NCBI GenBank assembly: GCA_965372795.1
Contig: CBDVDR010000024.1
Span: forward strand, 1 to 40,204
Source of the DNA: an uncultured bacterium
GTDB taxonomy: Bacteria > Zixibacteria > MSB-5A5 > GN15 > FEB-12
DNA length: 40,204 nucleotides
Reading direction: 5' to 3'
How positions within the stretch are numbered: the first letter of the stretch is position 1; every line of letters begins with the position of its first letter. Made by a program: the position numbers and the translations under genes. Positions 18,682 through 28,663 of the stretch are shown here, piece after piece. Under the pieces are notes generated by a model. It worked only from the letters and a program-made list of their open reading frames with translations, was not told where the DNA came from and searched no databases.

Positions 18682-21600
18682 ATGACAACATCCCGTTTTA
18701 GCGCAATTTTATTGTGCTTCTCTGTTCTCCTCACATCATCAGTTTTTGCTGAAATTGATTTTGCAGTAAAACTGAAAACGAGAACCTTTACCCCGGACCA
18801 GATTTCCTTACAAAACAAATCCTTAAATGAGAATGTTGGAAAACATATAATGATTCAATTCGATCATCCGATTACTGATGACGAACGTGATCAATTGTTC
18901 TCCGAAGGAATCGAACTTTTAGATTATATCCCCAATTTTACCTATACCGCCAAACTACACGAAGAAATTGATCCTTCTATTATTGAAGATTATGATATCC
19001 GCTGGCTGGATAAAATTGATGCTTATGACAAAATTTCCCCTTTTATAACCGATCATGGAATCGGCGACTGGGCGCGCCGTGATGGCGGTCGAGTTCAGTT
19101 TACAATCAATATGCATCGTGATGTTGATATTTATGAATGGGCAGATAAATTTCAAAATGATTTTGATGCTGAAATTATAGGATTTGAACCGACTACAAGT
19201 GCAATTGTGCTTGTGCTGCCGGAAGTTTCCTATTTCCGTATGTCAGATTTTGACGAAGTTCTCTGGATTGAACAGGCAATGCCGCCGCAGGAAGAAAATA
19301 ATAACTCCGCCAGAGCAAACACCGGAGCTGATGTTTTACAAAGTATGCCACTCTGGCTAAATGGCACAGGTGTAACCGTTGCCGAATGGGATGGCGGTCA
19401 TGCCGACTTTGCCCACGGTGATCTTTCAGGCAGAGTTCAATATGGTGACAATGCTTCCGTATCAACTCACGCGACTCATGTTGCCGGTACGGTAATTGGA
19501 TCCGGAATCGGATCTACCGGAGGGTTATACAAAGGTATGGCTCCGAGTGCTAAAATAGTTTCCTTCTTATGGTGGGGAAACTCAGCTTCAATTAACACAG
19601 AATATAGTATTGCAATAGACGGCCATGGAGCCAAGATCAGTACCAACTCCTGGGGATTAGGTGTTGGTGATCCGGCCTCAGAATCATCTTGTCAAAGCAC
19701 ATTGGGTAATTATTTTTCAGAGTGTGCCACTATTGATAATACAATCAGAGGTGAACTTAGTGCTCCAATTACAATTCTCTGGTCAGCAGGTAATCAGCGA
19801 GGCAGTTCCTCCAAATATTGCGGATCAATCGGCTGGGATTATGGCACAATCGGTGTCTATGGCACATCTAAAAACACAATCACGGTCGGGGCTATTAACT
19901 CAAATAACAGTACTATGACAAGTTTCTCCTCATGGGGTCCTTGCGATGACGGCAGAATTAAACCGGATGTTGTCGGACCGGGCTGTCAATCAAATGATGA
20001 TGGCGGACTGACATCATGCAAACCGGGTTCAGGCTATACAACTATGTGCGGAACTTCGATGTCAACTCCGGCTGTAGCTGGAACAGCTGCCCTGTTATTG
20101 CAACATTGGAAAAATACATTCTATGTCGGCTCAATTTTACCTTCTACATTAAAGGGTATCCTAATTAACTCAGCAGAAGATTTGGGTTATGCCGGACCTG
20201 ATTACCAGTATGGTCATGGTAAAGTTGATGGCATCATGGCAGCAGCAAAAATTGCGGTTGGTGAACCTTCATATTTTGAAAGTGTAATTTCTACCAGTAT
20301 CGTCCATTTATATGATTTAACGGTTCCAAGCAGCGCCGAGAAACTTAGAGTCACTTTGGTCTGGGATGATCCGGGTGGCACAGCCTCAGCTGCGGCAACA
20401 CTGATTAATGATCTTGATCTAACTTTGATCGACCCTTTTTCGAATGAAGAACTCCCCTGGGTATTAAATCCGGTGGCACCATTTTCACCAGCCACCAAAG
20501 GGGTTGACAATACAAATAATGTTGAAACGGTTGAAATATTCAATCCTACTCCGGGATTGTGGAAAGCTAAAGTATCCGGGTTCAATATTCCTGATGGTCC
20601 TCAGAAATATTCTCTCGTCTTCACTCCTGACAGCATTCATACCCCCGGTAATTTGAATGCGCTGGCAGTCTTCCCTTCTGGTGATTTAAATGACCAACCA
20701 GGTGAAATAGTACCGGTTGAATATTGGGTTACCAATGTTGGAACAGTGCGTGATTCATTAACTATTTCTATCACCGATAACAACGGCTGGCTTTTGAGTA
20801 CTGTGGATTCAGTTATTGCTCTTGATCCGTGGGATTCGGCATATGTTAATACCACCGCTTTGATACCTTCCGGTTCAATTGCCGGTGATCTTGATTCTGT
20901 TTTTTGTGATGTTGCAAGTTTAATAAATGATGGTGTTAATACCCGGGGAAGAATTTTACTCTCGGCCGGTGCATACTATGGAGTTTCGGTTGCTGCCCCT
21001 GTTGATGTGGCAGTGAATTCTCCTGAGATCAACAATTATATCTACAATGTTATTAATGAAGGAAACAACGGTGATTTAGTTACAATCGTTCTCGAGGATG
21101 ATCTGGGATGGATCATGAATCCGGCTTATCGTCAAACAGCTTTGCTGCCGTTTGAGAATGCAGATTTCGATTTTGATTTAACAATCCCGGCAGAGGTTCC
21201 TGATCAAACCGAAAATAATATACGGATCCGTTCGATCAGTTCAACCGGCGTTGCCGATACTGCTTTCTTCAAATTAACAGTAGATAATCCTTTCTTACCG
21301 CCGTCATTAAGTATACCGTCAAATAATTCTTACTCTCAGGATGGAACTTCTTCATTTGAGTGGGCTAATACCGGAGAAACTTACAGTCTCTATATTGCGA
21401 CCGATGAATCATTAACAAGTATTGTCCATAGCTATTTCGGAATTACAGAAGCAGCCTTTACAATACCATCGGTAGACTCTCTTTCAGATGGTCGCTACTA
21501 TTGGGGCGTAAAACTATTTGTAGGTACGGATTCTTCCTCATTGCAAGCAAATCCGGGAACATTCATAATTGACAATCAACCACCAAATAGTATTGTTCCA

Positions 21601-22410
21601 ATTTCTCCAATAAATGGTGAGTTTATTAGATATAAATTATTCAGCTTTGATGTCAATTTTGATCTTAAAGCGTCAACAATTGCGACAGCTCCAGAGTATA
21701 ACATTGTTCAGCTGGCGTCTGATTCTTTATTTACAACGGACTTTGTCATTTACGATCCGGTAAATTCATTCTCGTTCACAATACCTGATACTGTAGCTGA
21801 AGGTCGCTGGTACTGGCGGGTTCAACGGGCAGATTCGGCAGGTAATATTAATAACATTTCAGAAAAAACTCATTTTATTTTAGACAGTGAAAAACCACCG
21901 GTTGCTGTGCAGGAATTTCCCTTAGATGGCGCGCAACTTAAAGATTCGGTAACATTCAAATGGTCCCGCGGTGGTGAACTTCCGGCTTATGAAGTTTCAC
22001 CGGAAATTTATCGTTTCCAACTTTTTGAAAATGCCACGGACCTTGTTTTTGACTCTATGATTTATCAGGACTCATTAATTCTTGATAAGGATCATCTGGT
22101 CAATGGCAAATCTTATCTCTGGCGTTTGAGAGCACAAGATGTGGCTGGGAACAACTCTACTTATCAAACCGGTCCTTTTGAATTCAGTTATATCCAATAC
22201 CAATGCGGAAATATTGATGGCTTAGGCACCGAACCAACTATTTCCGACTTGACCTTCTTAGTTGATTATTTGTTTGCCGGCGGCGCGGCTCCTGACCCGA
22301 AAATTGCAGGGTCAGTTAACTGTGATGCTGAGGTAGGCATCTCGGATGTCACTTACTATGTAGAATTCATGTTCAATAACGGACCTCCGCCTTGTTGTGA
22401 ATTTAAATAA
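18682..22410 (+). CDS. Secreted S8 subtilisin-like serine peptidase with Ig/Fn3-like domains and C-terminal dockerin
   Basis: Signal peptide. Catalytic triad VAEWDGG, HATHVAGT and GTSMSTP; oxyanion SAGN; RIKPDVVGPG; LVWDDP...NDLDL beta domain. Terminal CGNIDG..PTISDLTFLVDYLF...GSVNCDAEVGISDVTYYVEFMFNNGPPP. Confidence 0.92.
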   Translation: MTTSRFSAILLCFSVLLTSSVFAEIDFAVKLKTRTFTPDQISLQNKSLNENVGKHIMIQFDHPITDDERDQLFSEGIELLDYIPNFTYTAKLHEEIDPSIIEDYDIRWLDKIDAYDKISPFITDHGIGDWARRDGGRVQFTINMHRDVDIYEWADKFQNDFDAEIIGFEPTTSAIVLVLPEVSYFRMSDFDEVLWIEQAMPPQEENNNSARANTGADVLQSMPLWLNGTGVTVAEWDGGHADFAHGDLSGRVQYGDNASVSTHATHVAGTVIGSGIGSTGGLYKGMAPSAKIVSFLWWGNSASINTEYSIAIDGHGAKISTNSWGLGVGDPASESSCQSTLGNYFSECATIDNTIRGELSAPITILWSAGNQRGSSSKYCGSIGWDYGTIGVYGTSKNTITVGAINSNNSTMTSFSSWGPCDDGRIKPDVVGPGCQSNDDGGLTSCKPGSGYTTMCGTSMSTPAVAGTAALLLQHWKNTFYVGSILPSTLKGILINSAEDLGYAGPDYQYGHGKVDGIMAAAKIAVGEPSYFESVISTSIVHLYDLTVPSSAEKLRVTLVWDDPGGTASAAATLINDLDLTLIDPFSNEELPWVLNPVAPFSPATKGVDNTNNVETVEIFNPTPGLWKAKVSGFNIPDGPQKYSLVFTPDSIHTPGNLNALAVFPSGDLNDQPGEIVPVEYWVTNVGTVRDSLTISITDNNGWLLSTVDSVIALDPWDSAYVNTTALIPSGSIAGDLDSVFCDVASLINDGVNTRGRILLSAGAYYGVSVAAPVDVAVNSPEINNYIYNVINEGNNGDLVTIVLEDDLGWIMNPAYRQTALLPFENADFDFDLTIPAEVPDQTENNIRIRSISSTGVADTAFFKLTVDNPFLPPSLSIPSNNSYSQDGTSSFEWANTGETYSLYIATDESLTSIVHSYFGITEAAFTIPSVDSLSDGRYYWGVKLFVGTDSSSLQANPGTFIIDNQPPNSIVPISPINGEFIRYKLFSFDVNFDLKASTIATAPEYNIVQLASDSLFTTDFVIYDPVNSFSFTIPDTVAEGRWYWRVQRADSAGNINNISEKTHFILDSEKPPVAVQEFPLDGAQLKDSVTFKWSRGGELPAYEVSPEIYRFQLFENATDLVFDSMIYQDSLILDKDHLVNGKSYLWRLRAQDVAGNNSTYQTGPFEFSYIQYQCGNIDGLGTEPTISDLTFLVDYLFAGGAAPDPKIAGSVNCDAEVGISDVTYYVEFMFNNGPPPCCEFK

Positions 22411-22418
22411 TTATCCTG

Positions 22419-22448
22419 ACCGGCAGTTTTTGACTGCCGGTTTTTTTT
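22419..22448 (+). terminator. Intrinsic terminator
   Basis: ACCGGCAGT-loop-ACTGCCGGT followed by a T-run, 9 bp after the S8 stop codon. Confidence 0.85.
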
Positions 22449-22487
22449 ATTGTAATATTCAAAATTTATCGACATAATATTTATGCT

Positions 22488-23153
22488 ATGTTTGAAAATG
22501 ATAAATCAGAACAAGACGTAATATTTATTTCACGACGAATGAGAATGGTTGAGGAGCAAATTATTCGCCGGGGTATAACTGATCAATTGGTTCTGAATGC
22601 CATGCGAATTGTTCCCCGTCATAAGTTTGTGCCGGAACGACTAAAGTCTGAAGCTTACCATAACTGTCCCCTGCCTATAAGTGAAAATCAAACGATTTCA
22701 CAGCCGTATATTGTTGCTTCAATGACTGAAGAGCTTGAGATTAATAATAACAGCAAAGTTCTTGAAATAGGCACTGGCTCTGGTTATCAGACAGCGATTC
22801 TGGCTGAAATCGTCAAAGAACTTTACAGCCTTGAAATTATTCCAAGTCTGCACTATCAAGCTAAAGTTATTTTAAAACAGATGGGCTATAAAAATATAAA
22901 TCTGTTTTTGGGAGATGGTAATATCGGTCTTAAATCTCAAACTGATTTTGATGGTATTATTGTAACGGCGGCTGCCAAGTCGATACCGGAAGCTCTTATT
23001 GCACAATTACGAGTAGGTGGAATTATGGTAATACCGATTGAAGAAAGACAGAATGTCCAGAATCTTATGAAAATAATTAAAAAAGACTCAAATAATTATA
23101 ATATCGAATTACTTTATCCGGTTCGTTTTGTGCCCTTAGTAGGCGGGCTATAG
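22488..23153 (+). CDS. pcm: Protein-L-isoaspartate(D-aspartate) O-methyltransferase
   Basis: Motifs VPRHKFVP, QTISQPYIVA, VLEIGTGSGYQTAILA, FDGIIVTAAA and VRFVPL. Confidence 0.95.
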   Translation: MFENDKSEQDVIFISRRMRMVEEQIIRRGITDQLVLNAMRIVPRHKFVPERLKSEAYHNCPLPISENQTISQPYIVASMTEELEINNNSKVLEIGTGSGYQTAILAEIVKELYSLEIIPSLHYQAKVILKQMGYKNINLFLGDGNIGLKSQTDFDGIIVTAAAKSIPEALIAQLRVGGIMVIPIEERQNVQNLMKIIKKDSNNYNIELLYPVRFVPLVGGL

Positions 23154-23178
23154 CGAAACAATTAATCAACCTTTGTTG

Positions 23179-24354
23179 CTAATGCACCCACTCACATAAA
23201 TAAGCCGCTAATATAGCCGCCGGATTTCCAACCGCATAACCGACTAAAGCCATCAAAATTGAAACCGGGACCAATGATGCGCGATGGTAGGCGGCAACAA
23301 TTGGCGCTGAGGCAGCACCGCCGATATTAGCCGCCGAGGCAATCGCCGCGGTATGAATATCAACTTTGAATAGTTTGGCGGCACCAACCAGGAAGAAACC
23401 ATGAATAAATATCCAGATATAAGCACCTAATAAGAACCAGAAGACAGAAGTATCAATTTGTGAAAGATCCGCCTTTGCTCCCATTTTGGCAACAAACAAG
23501 TAAACCAAAGCCATTGAAAAAGCATGTGAGGCAGGGATTCTACTTGCTTTGGTAAATGAAAGGCCTATCGCTATAAAAGTTACTAAAAGAATTTTATAAG
23601 TATTGTATGATAATACCGGTGGCAGCGGCGGAATAAATTCTGCCAGCCATGAAGCTATGGCGGTTACTCCAAAACCTAAAAAGGCCAAATATAGAAAATG
23701 ACGCATTTCTACAGGACCTTTATCAACGATCAGCTCTTTGGCAGCCTTTTCCATTTTTTCAAGTCGGTCTTTGGACGTATTTGTAAATTTATTGAACCAT
23801 CCGGCAAAGTTTTTCGAGCCAAGCATTATCGGAAGCCAAATCAGATAGACTGCATTGTCAGCAATTACAGCATAACCATAATCGAGCGAACTTTCATCAA
23901 GACCTACCGCATCAGCCACCGAAAGCATATTTCCCGTTCCGCCGATCCAACTTCCGGCAAGGGCTCCAAACGCTTTCCAGGCATCCGGTCCAAGTCCGGT
24001 TTTAACAATCATCAATGCTATGGGGGCGCCGACAACAACACCCAGAGTGCCAAGAAGCATTACAAATATACCCTTACCCATTACTTTGACCGTAGCTTTC
24101 AGATTAACATCCAATAGCATGATCGTCAAAAACATAGGGAGAAGATTGGTTCCCATGAAGTCATAGACAGGAGATTTTGACGGAATTATCCCATTATTTG
24201 ACAGTAAAACAGGTAATAGGTAGATGAAAATTAGCGGGGGGAAGAAATTAAATATTTTCCAGGCAGTTTTTTTCTCAAGATAAAAGAAAAAAGAGGTTAC
24301 GGCTGCTAAAGTTGCAAGAATTCCGGCTGGTGAGCTTATCAATGAATAATCCAT
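23179..24354 (-). CDS. DUF819 family membrane protein
   Basis: About 10-11 TM helices; motifs LAGSWIGGTGN and ASAANIGGAASAPIVA are typical of DUF819. Confidence 0.85.
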   Translation of the reverse strand: MDYSLISSPAGILATLAAVTSFFFYLEKKTAWKIFNFFPPLIFIYLLPVLLSNNGIIPSKSPVYDFMGTNLLPMFLTIMLLDVNLKATVKVMGKGIFVMLLGTLGVVVGAPIALMIVKTGLGPDAWKAFGALAGSWIGGTGNMLSVADAVGLDESSLDYGYAVIADNAVYLIWLPIMLGSKNFAGWFNKFTNTSKDRLEKMEKAAKELIVDKGPVEMRHFLYLAFLGFGVTAIASWLAEFIPPLPPVLSYNTYKILLVTFIAIGLSFTKASRIPASHAFSMALVYLFVAKMGAKADLSQIDTSVFWFLLGAYIWIFIHGFFLVGAAKLFKVDIHTAAIASAANIGGAASAPIVAAYHRASLVPVSILMALVGYAVGNPAAILAAYLCEWVH

Positions 24355-24459
24355 GAATACCTTTCCGATTTCGAATTATTATAATCTAAGATTGACCGAC
24401 AGAAAAAACAAATCAAAAAACTTTGTTTCAGAGTTCAATTTATTTTTTTATATTTAAAT

Positions 24460-24966
24460 ATGGCGAGTGAAATAAAGTTAAAAAGTGACTATCAACTGGC
24501 AAACTGCTGCTCTCCCATACTCCAGGATGAAATTATCGGATATTACAGCTATAATAATATTCTCAAAGTCCACAAAGACGGATGTGACAATCTGAATAAA
24601 GCCGAACATGATCGGTTAGTTTCACTAAAATGGGAAGAAATTATTATTACCGATGAATATAAACCTGATGAAAAATACCATGAGCTTGATGAGACTGATT
24701 TTAAAATTTTGAAACATCATCTCGAATACGATATTGATTACTCGTTGATGGTAGCAAAGATGGTTCAAATTTCAAAACAGGATGCGTTTGAAAAACATAA
24801 AAAATTGAAAGAATTAAAACTGATCGAACGGGTCGATGCTGTCATGGTCCAATATCGAAAGGGAGTTGTTGATAATAAATGGATAAAACATAGAAATCAC
24901 ACTTATTATCGCCTGACTACCAAAGGTAAAAAATATACAGAATTTCATTTTAAATCAGAGGAATAA
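24460..24966 (+). CDS. RelA/SpoT RIS(CC)-like zinc motif fused to a DUF2250-like winged-helix domain
   Basis: N-terminal LANCCSPILQDEIIGYYSYNNILKVHKDGCDNL. C-terminal LDETDFKILKH...LKELKLIERV...KHRNHTYYRLTTKGK. Confidence 0.75.
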   Translation: MASEIKLKSDYQLANCCSPILQDEIIGYYSYNNILKVHKDGCDNLNKAEHDRLVSLKWEEIIITDEYKPDEKYHELDETDFKILKHHLEYDIDYSLMVAKMVQISKQDAFEKHKKLKELKLIERVDAVMVQYRKGVVDNKWIKHRNHTYYRLTTKGKKYTEFHFKSEE

Positions 24967-25127
24967 CCAAAACTTTTCTTTTACAAGCTCGTATATCATA
25001 ACAATATAAATAATAGCATTCATTATTGGCTGGAAATATAATTTTCGCTTGTAAAATGAACTTTTTACTGTTTGATTCGTTTTAAACATAATTAGAAATA
25101 ATAGAAACTTAAATAACAGAGGTCAAA

Positions 25128-27806
25128 ATGAGCAACAGGTCGAGAACACTCACTATTGTTTTGCTGCTTTTTTCAATTTTTATAACAACTTCTTCATTCG
25201 CAAGCCGAAGAGTCAAAACCTTTGGCGAGAAAGCTCCTAAGTCCAATGGATCTATGTCAAAAATATCTTCCAAAGATAAACTGAAACCATTTGAAAAATT
25301 GATTAAAGATCATGTTAAGATTGAAGGTCTTTTCACTTTTTATCAGGACACGATCAAAAACTCTTATTTGATGGAGATCAAACCTGAACATTTTGGTCCT
25401 TTGTATCTTTGTAATCAAACTCGCTCCCAAGCTGAGGGTGCTTTTTTCGATAATGGCTCGATGGGAAGATCATTTCCGTTTTATATTAAACGGATTGGTA
25501 AAAAGATCATGCTGATGGAAAAGAATCTTCGCTATCGGGCTGATACTTTATCGACCCTTCATAAAGCGGTTGAAAGAGGCATCAGCGACCATCTTTTTGC
25601 ATCAACAAGTGTGCTGTCAAAACCTCAGGATTCTACCAATTCAATTTTAATTAATCCATCCAGTATCTTTTTGAAAGATATTGAAAATATCAGTTATTTC
25701 CTTGGAAAAGCTTCCCGTACCGGAGTTGGATTTGATTCAAAAAATAGTTATTTTAAAAAAGTTCAATCTTTCCCGGAAAACTCTGAGATTGATGTCAAAC
25801 TTCATTTCAAAACTTCTAAGCCATTATATGCTTCTTCAATGCAAAACCCGTATAGCATGTTTCACACTTTCCATTACTCATTGTCTACCCTTCCTAAATC
25901 TGATTTTGTTCCTCGGGTTGCAGATGATCGGGTTGGGTATTTCCAAACAATTTATCAGGATTACAGCAAACTAAATAAAGATACCGATTATGTTCGTTAT
26001 GTAAATCGCTGGGATTTAAAAAAGAAAAATCCAGAGGCAAGAATTTCTGAACCGGTTAAACCAATTGTTTACTGGGTAGAAAATACAGTACCGGAAGAAT
26101 ATCGCGATGCTGTTGCCGAAGGTATTGAATTCTGGAATGGTGCCTTTGAAGAAATCGGATTCAGGAATGCTGTTGTTGCCAAACAGATGCCTGATACTGC
26201 CGAATGGGATCCGGCTGATGTTCGCTACAGCACCGTCAGATGGATTATTAATCCGGGCGGAACTTATGCGGTTGGACCAAGTCGTGCAAATCCTTTTACC
26301 GGACAGATTTATGATGCTGATATAAGAGTTTGCGTTGATTTTATTAAATATATGTTCCTGACTATGGATCGCTTTATTGAACCGGTTTCAGAATCAGGCA
26401 TGCCTGCACTACAGGAAGAATTTAAACTGCCAAAAGATTTCTTCAATGAATATCAATTCTGTAATTATGGTTCCGAGTCAGCCAAAGAAGCTGCCTTTGG
26501 AATGTCATATTTGTATGCTAATGCCGGCGACTTTACTGATGTAGATTCGCTGACTAAGGAATATGTTTATTCTTATATTGTTGAACTGGTTGCTCATGAA
26601 GTTGGACATACTCTTGGTTTACGCCACAACTTCAAAGCTTCAACAATTTATTCTTTAGAAGAAATAAATGACCGTTCTTTTACTACTAAAAACGGCACCC
26701 TTGGTACCGTGATGGATTATGCTCCACCAAACATCGCCGGACCCGGCAAAGTTCAGGGTGAATTTTATTCCTCTGTTCCCGGTCCTTATGATAAGTGGGT
26801 AATTGAGTATGCCTATTCTGATTTTGGTGATATAACAGCAGAAGAAGAAACTGCGAAATTACAAAGTATTGCTAATCGCTCCGGAGATCCGAATTTGATT
26901 TACGGAACCGATAATGACGCTTTTGGCTCATCAACAATCTCAGTCGACCCGAAATGTAATCTGTTTGATATGGGTGATGACCCGATTAAATATTGTGAGC
27001 ACAAAATTAAATTGACTAAACACCTCTGGGCTAATACTCTTGAGAAATTTGAAAAACCGGGAGAAAGATACCAGAAACTTCTGAAAGTATTCCAATCCGG
27101 ATGGCGCTCGTATACTGAGTCAGCCCGATTTGCTTCAAAGTATATCAGTGGACTCTATAGTCACAAAAACCATATCGGTGAAGAAAATGGTAAAATTCCA
27201 TTTGAACCAGTGCCAGCCGCTGAACAAAGAAGAGCTATGGCATTTCTGAGTGATAACATTTTTGCCGCTGATGCATTTGAGTTTCCGGCTGAACTTCTTA
27301 ATCGACTTCTCCCCGACCGTCGTCCCAGCTACTCCGGTTCAGAATATTCGAGAGTTGATTATCCTATTCACTCAAGAGTCTTAAGAGTTCAGAGAACAGC
27401 TTTGTACATGCTCTATAGTCCCTACATCCTTGAAAGACTTCTCAACAATCAGCTTCGGTTAGAAAATGACGCTGATAAATATACTATGGTTAACTTGTTT
27501 GATGACACTCGTCGTTCTATCTGGACTGAAATTGTATCAACTGGCAACGTTAATAGTTTCCGTCGTCAATTACAGTTGGCTCATTTGAATTTAATTGTAA
27601 GCATTTTCCTCGGAAGTTCTGCAATCTACCCCTTTGACGCTCGTGCGCTGGCTTCCAATGATTTAGATGTAATTGAGTCTGCAATCAAGAAAATTCAGAA
27701 TTCTCCCGCTTCTGACAGTATGACCAAAGCTCACTACAAAGAAGTAGTGCGCCAGATAGCGGCTGCCCGGGGAGCTAAAAGAGAATTTATCGGAGCACGT
27801 TTCTAA
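25128..27806 (+). CDS. Secreted zinc-dependent metalloprotease (EcxA-like; DUF5118/DUF5117/DUF4953 architecture)
   Basis: Signal peptide; PRVADDRVGYF; RWDL...PVKPIVYWV; WNGAFEEIGF; NPFTGQIYDADI; HEVGHTLGLRHNF; Met-turn TVMDY; GPYDKWVIEYAY. Confidence 0.92.
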   Translation: MSNRSRTLTIVLLLFSIFITTSSFASRRVKTFGEKAPKSNGSMSKISSKDKLKPFEKLIKDHVKIEGLFTFYQDTIKNSYLMEIKPEHFGPLYLCNQTRSQAEGAFFDNGSMGRSFPFYIKRIGKKIMLMEKNLRYRADTLSTLHKAVERGISDHLFASTSVLSKPQDSTNSILINPSSIFLKDIENISYFLGKASRTGVGFDSKNSYFKKVQSFPENSEIDVKLHFKTSKPLYASSMQNPYSMFHTFHYSLSTLPKSDFVPRVADDRVGYFQTIYQDYSKLNKDTDYVRYVNRWDLKKKNPEARISEPVKPIVYWVENTVPEEYRDAVAEGIEFWNGAFEEIGFRNAVVAKQMPDTAEWDPADVRYSTVRWIINPGGTYAVGPSRANPFTGQIYDADIRVCVDFIKYMFLTMDRFIEPVSESGMPALQEEFKLPKDFFNEYQFCNYGSESAKEAAFGMSYLYANAGDFTDVDSLTKEYVYSYIVELVAHEVGHTLGLRHNFKASTIYSLEEINDRSFTTKNGTLGTVMDYAPPNIAGPGKVQGEFYSSVPGPYDKWVIEYAYSDFGDITAEEETAKLQSIANRSGDPNLIYGTDNDAFGSSTISVDPKCNLFDMGDDPIKYCEHKIKLTKHLWANTLEKFEKPGERYQKLLKVFQSGWRSYTESARFASKYISGLYSHKNHIGEENGKIPFEPVPAAEQRRAMAFLSDNIFAADAFEFPAELLNRLLPDRRPSYSGSEYSRVDYPIHSRVLRVQRTALYMLYSPYILERLLNNQLRLENDADKYTMVNLFDDTRRSIWTEIVSTGNVNSFRRQLQLAHLNLIVSIFLGSSAIYPFDARALASNDLDVIESAIKKIQNSPASDSMTKAHYKEVVRQIAAARGAKREFIGARF

Positions 27807-27840
27807 TATTAGTTGAATACATTTTTAATGTTTATATCTT

Positions 27841-27872
27841 ATGCAGGGTCATTAATGACCCTGCATTTTTTT
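27841..27872 (+). terminator. Intrinsic terminator (perfect 26-bp palindrome plus T-run)
   Basis: ATGCAGGGTCATTAATGACCCTGCAT followed by TTTTTT. Confidence 0.8.
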
Positions 27873-27886
27873 AAAAGGAGAAATCA

Positions 27887-28663
27887 ATGAATTCTGTTTT
27901 AGAATTTCTTAACAGCCATACCTCATGTCGTACTTTCACCGGAAAAGAAATCAGTGCAGAAGATGAAATTAAAATCATTGAAACCGCCCAGCGTTCGGCT
28001 ACTTCTTCAAATTTACAAGCTTATTCGATTATTGGAATTCGTGATGAGAATAAAAAGAATCTGTTGGCTGAGTTATCCGGCGGACAAGCTCATGTTGCAA
28101 ACTCTTCCCTGTTCCTAATTTTCTGTGCCGATCTTCACCGCATGGAAATGATTAATAAAGAAAAAAAATATCCTTTTTACGGCGAGTACACTGAAATATT
28201 TATTATTGCAACAGTTGATGCCACCTTAGCTGCCGGACGTGCTTTACAAGCGGCACAAGCCTTTGGAATGGGCGGTGTGATGGTTGGCGGGATTAGAAAT
28301 AACCCGGAGGAAGTTTCTAAATTGTTATCTCTCCCGAAATTTGTTTATCCGGTAATGGGGATGTCACTCGGTTATCCCGAAAGCGACTCCAAACTTAAAC
28401 CTCGCCTTCCGCTAAATGGGATTTATTCAAAAGAGAAGTATGATACCGAACAAATTTATAAGGCTATTGAGGAATATGACAATACGATTGATGAGCTTGG
28501 GTATCTGAAAAATCGTGAAGTTTCCCCTGAGAGCTACCCTGATTTTGATGGAATTTATTCCTGGTCGGAACATACAGCCCGGCGGATGGCAAACGGTAAT
28601 CCAAAAGCACAACGGGCATATATGTTAGATTATTTACAGAAGCGCGGCTTTTTAAAAAAATAA
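27887..28663 (+). CDS. NADPH-dependent nitroreductase/flavin reductase, NfsA/FRP family
   Basis: Motifs HTSCRTF, SATSSNLQAYSII, FCADLHR, VGGIRNNP, LGYP and KPRLP. AGGAG SD upstream. Confidence 0.92.
   Translation: MNSVLEFLNSHTSCRTFTGKEISAEDEIKIIETAQRSATSSNLQAYSIIGIRDENKKNLLAELSGGQAHVANSSLFLIFCADLHRMEMINKEKKYPFYGEYTEIFIIATVDATLAAGRALQAAQAFGMGGVMVGGIRNNPEEVSKLLSLPKFVYPVMGMSLGYPESDSKLKPRLPLNGIYSKEKYDTEQIYKAIEEYDNTIDELGYLKNREVSPESYPDFDGIYSWSEHTARRMANGNPKAQRAYMLDYLQKRGFLKK

Noticed and set aside
27841..27866. Perfect 26-bp palindrome as a mobile-element end or REP
   Set aside because: It is single-copy in the window and is followed by a T-run just after a stop codon, so a terminator explains it.
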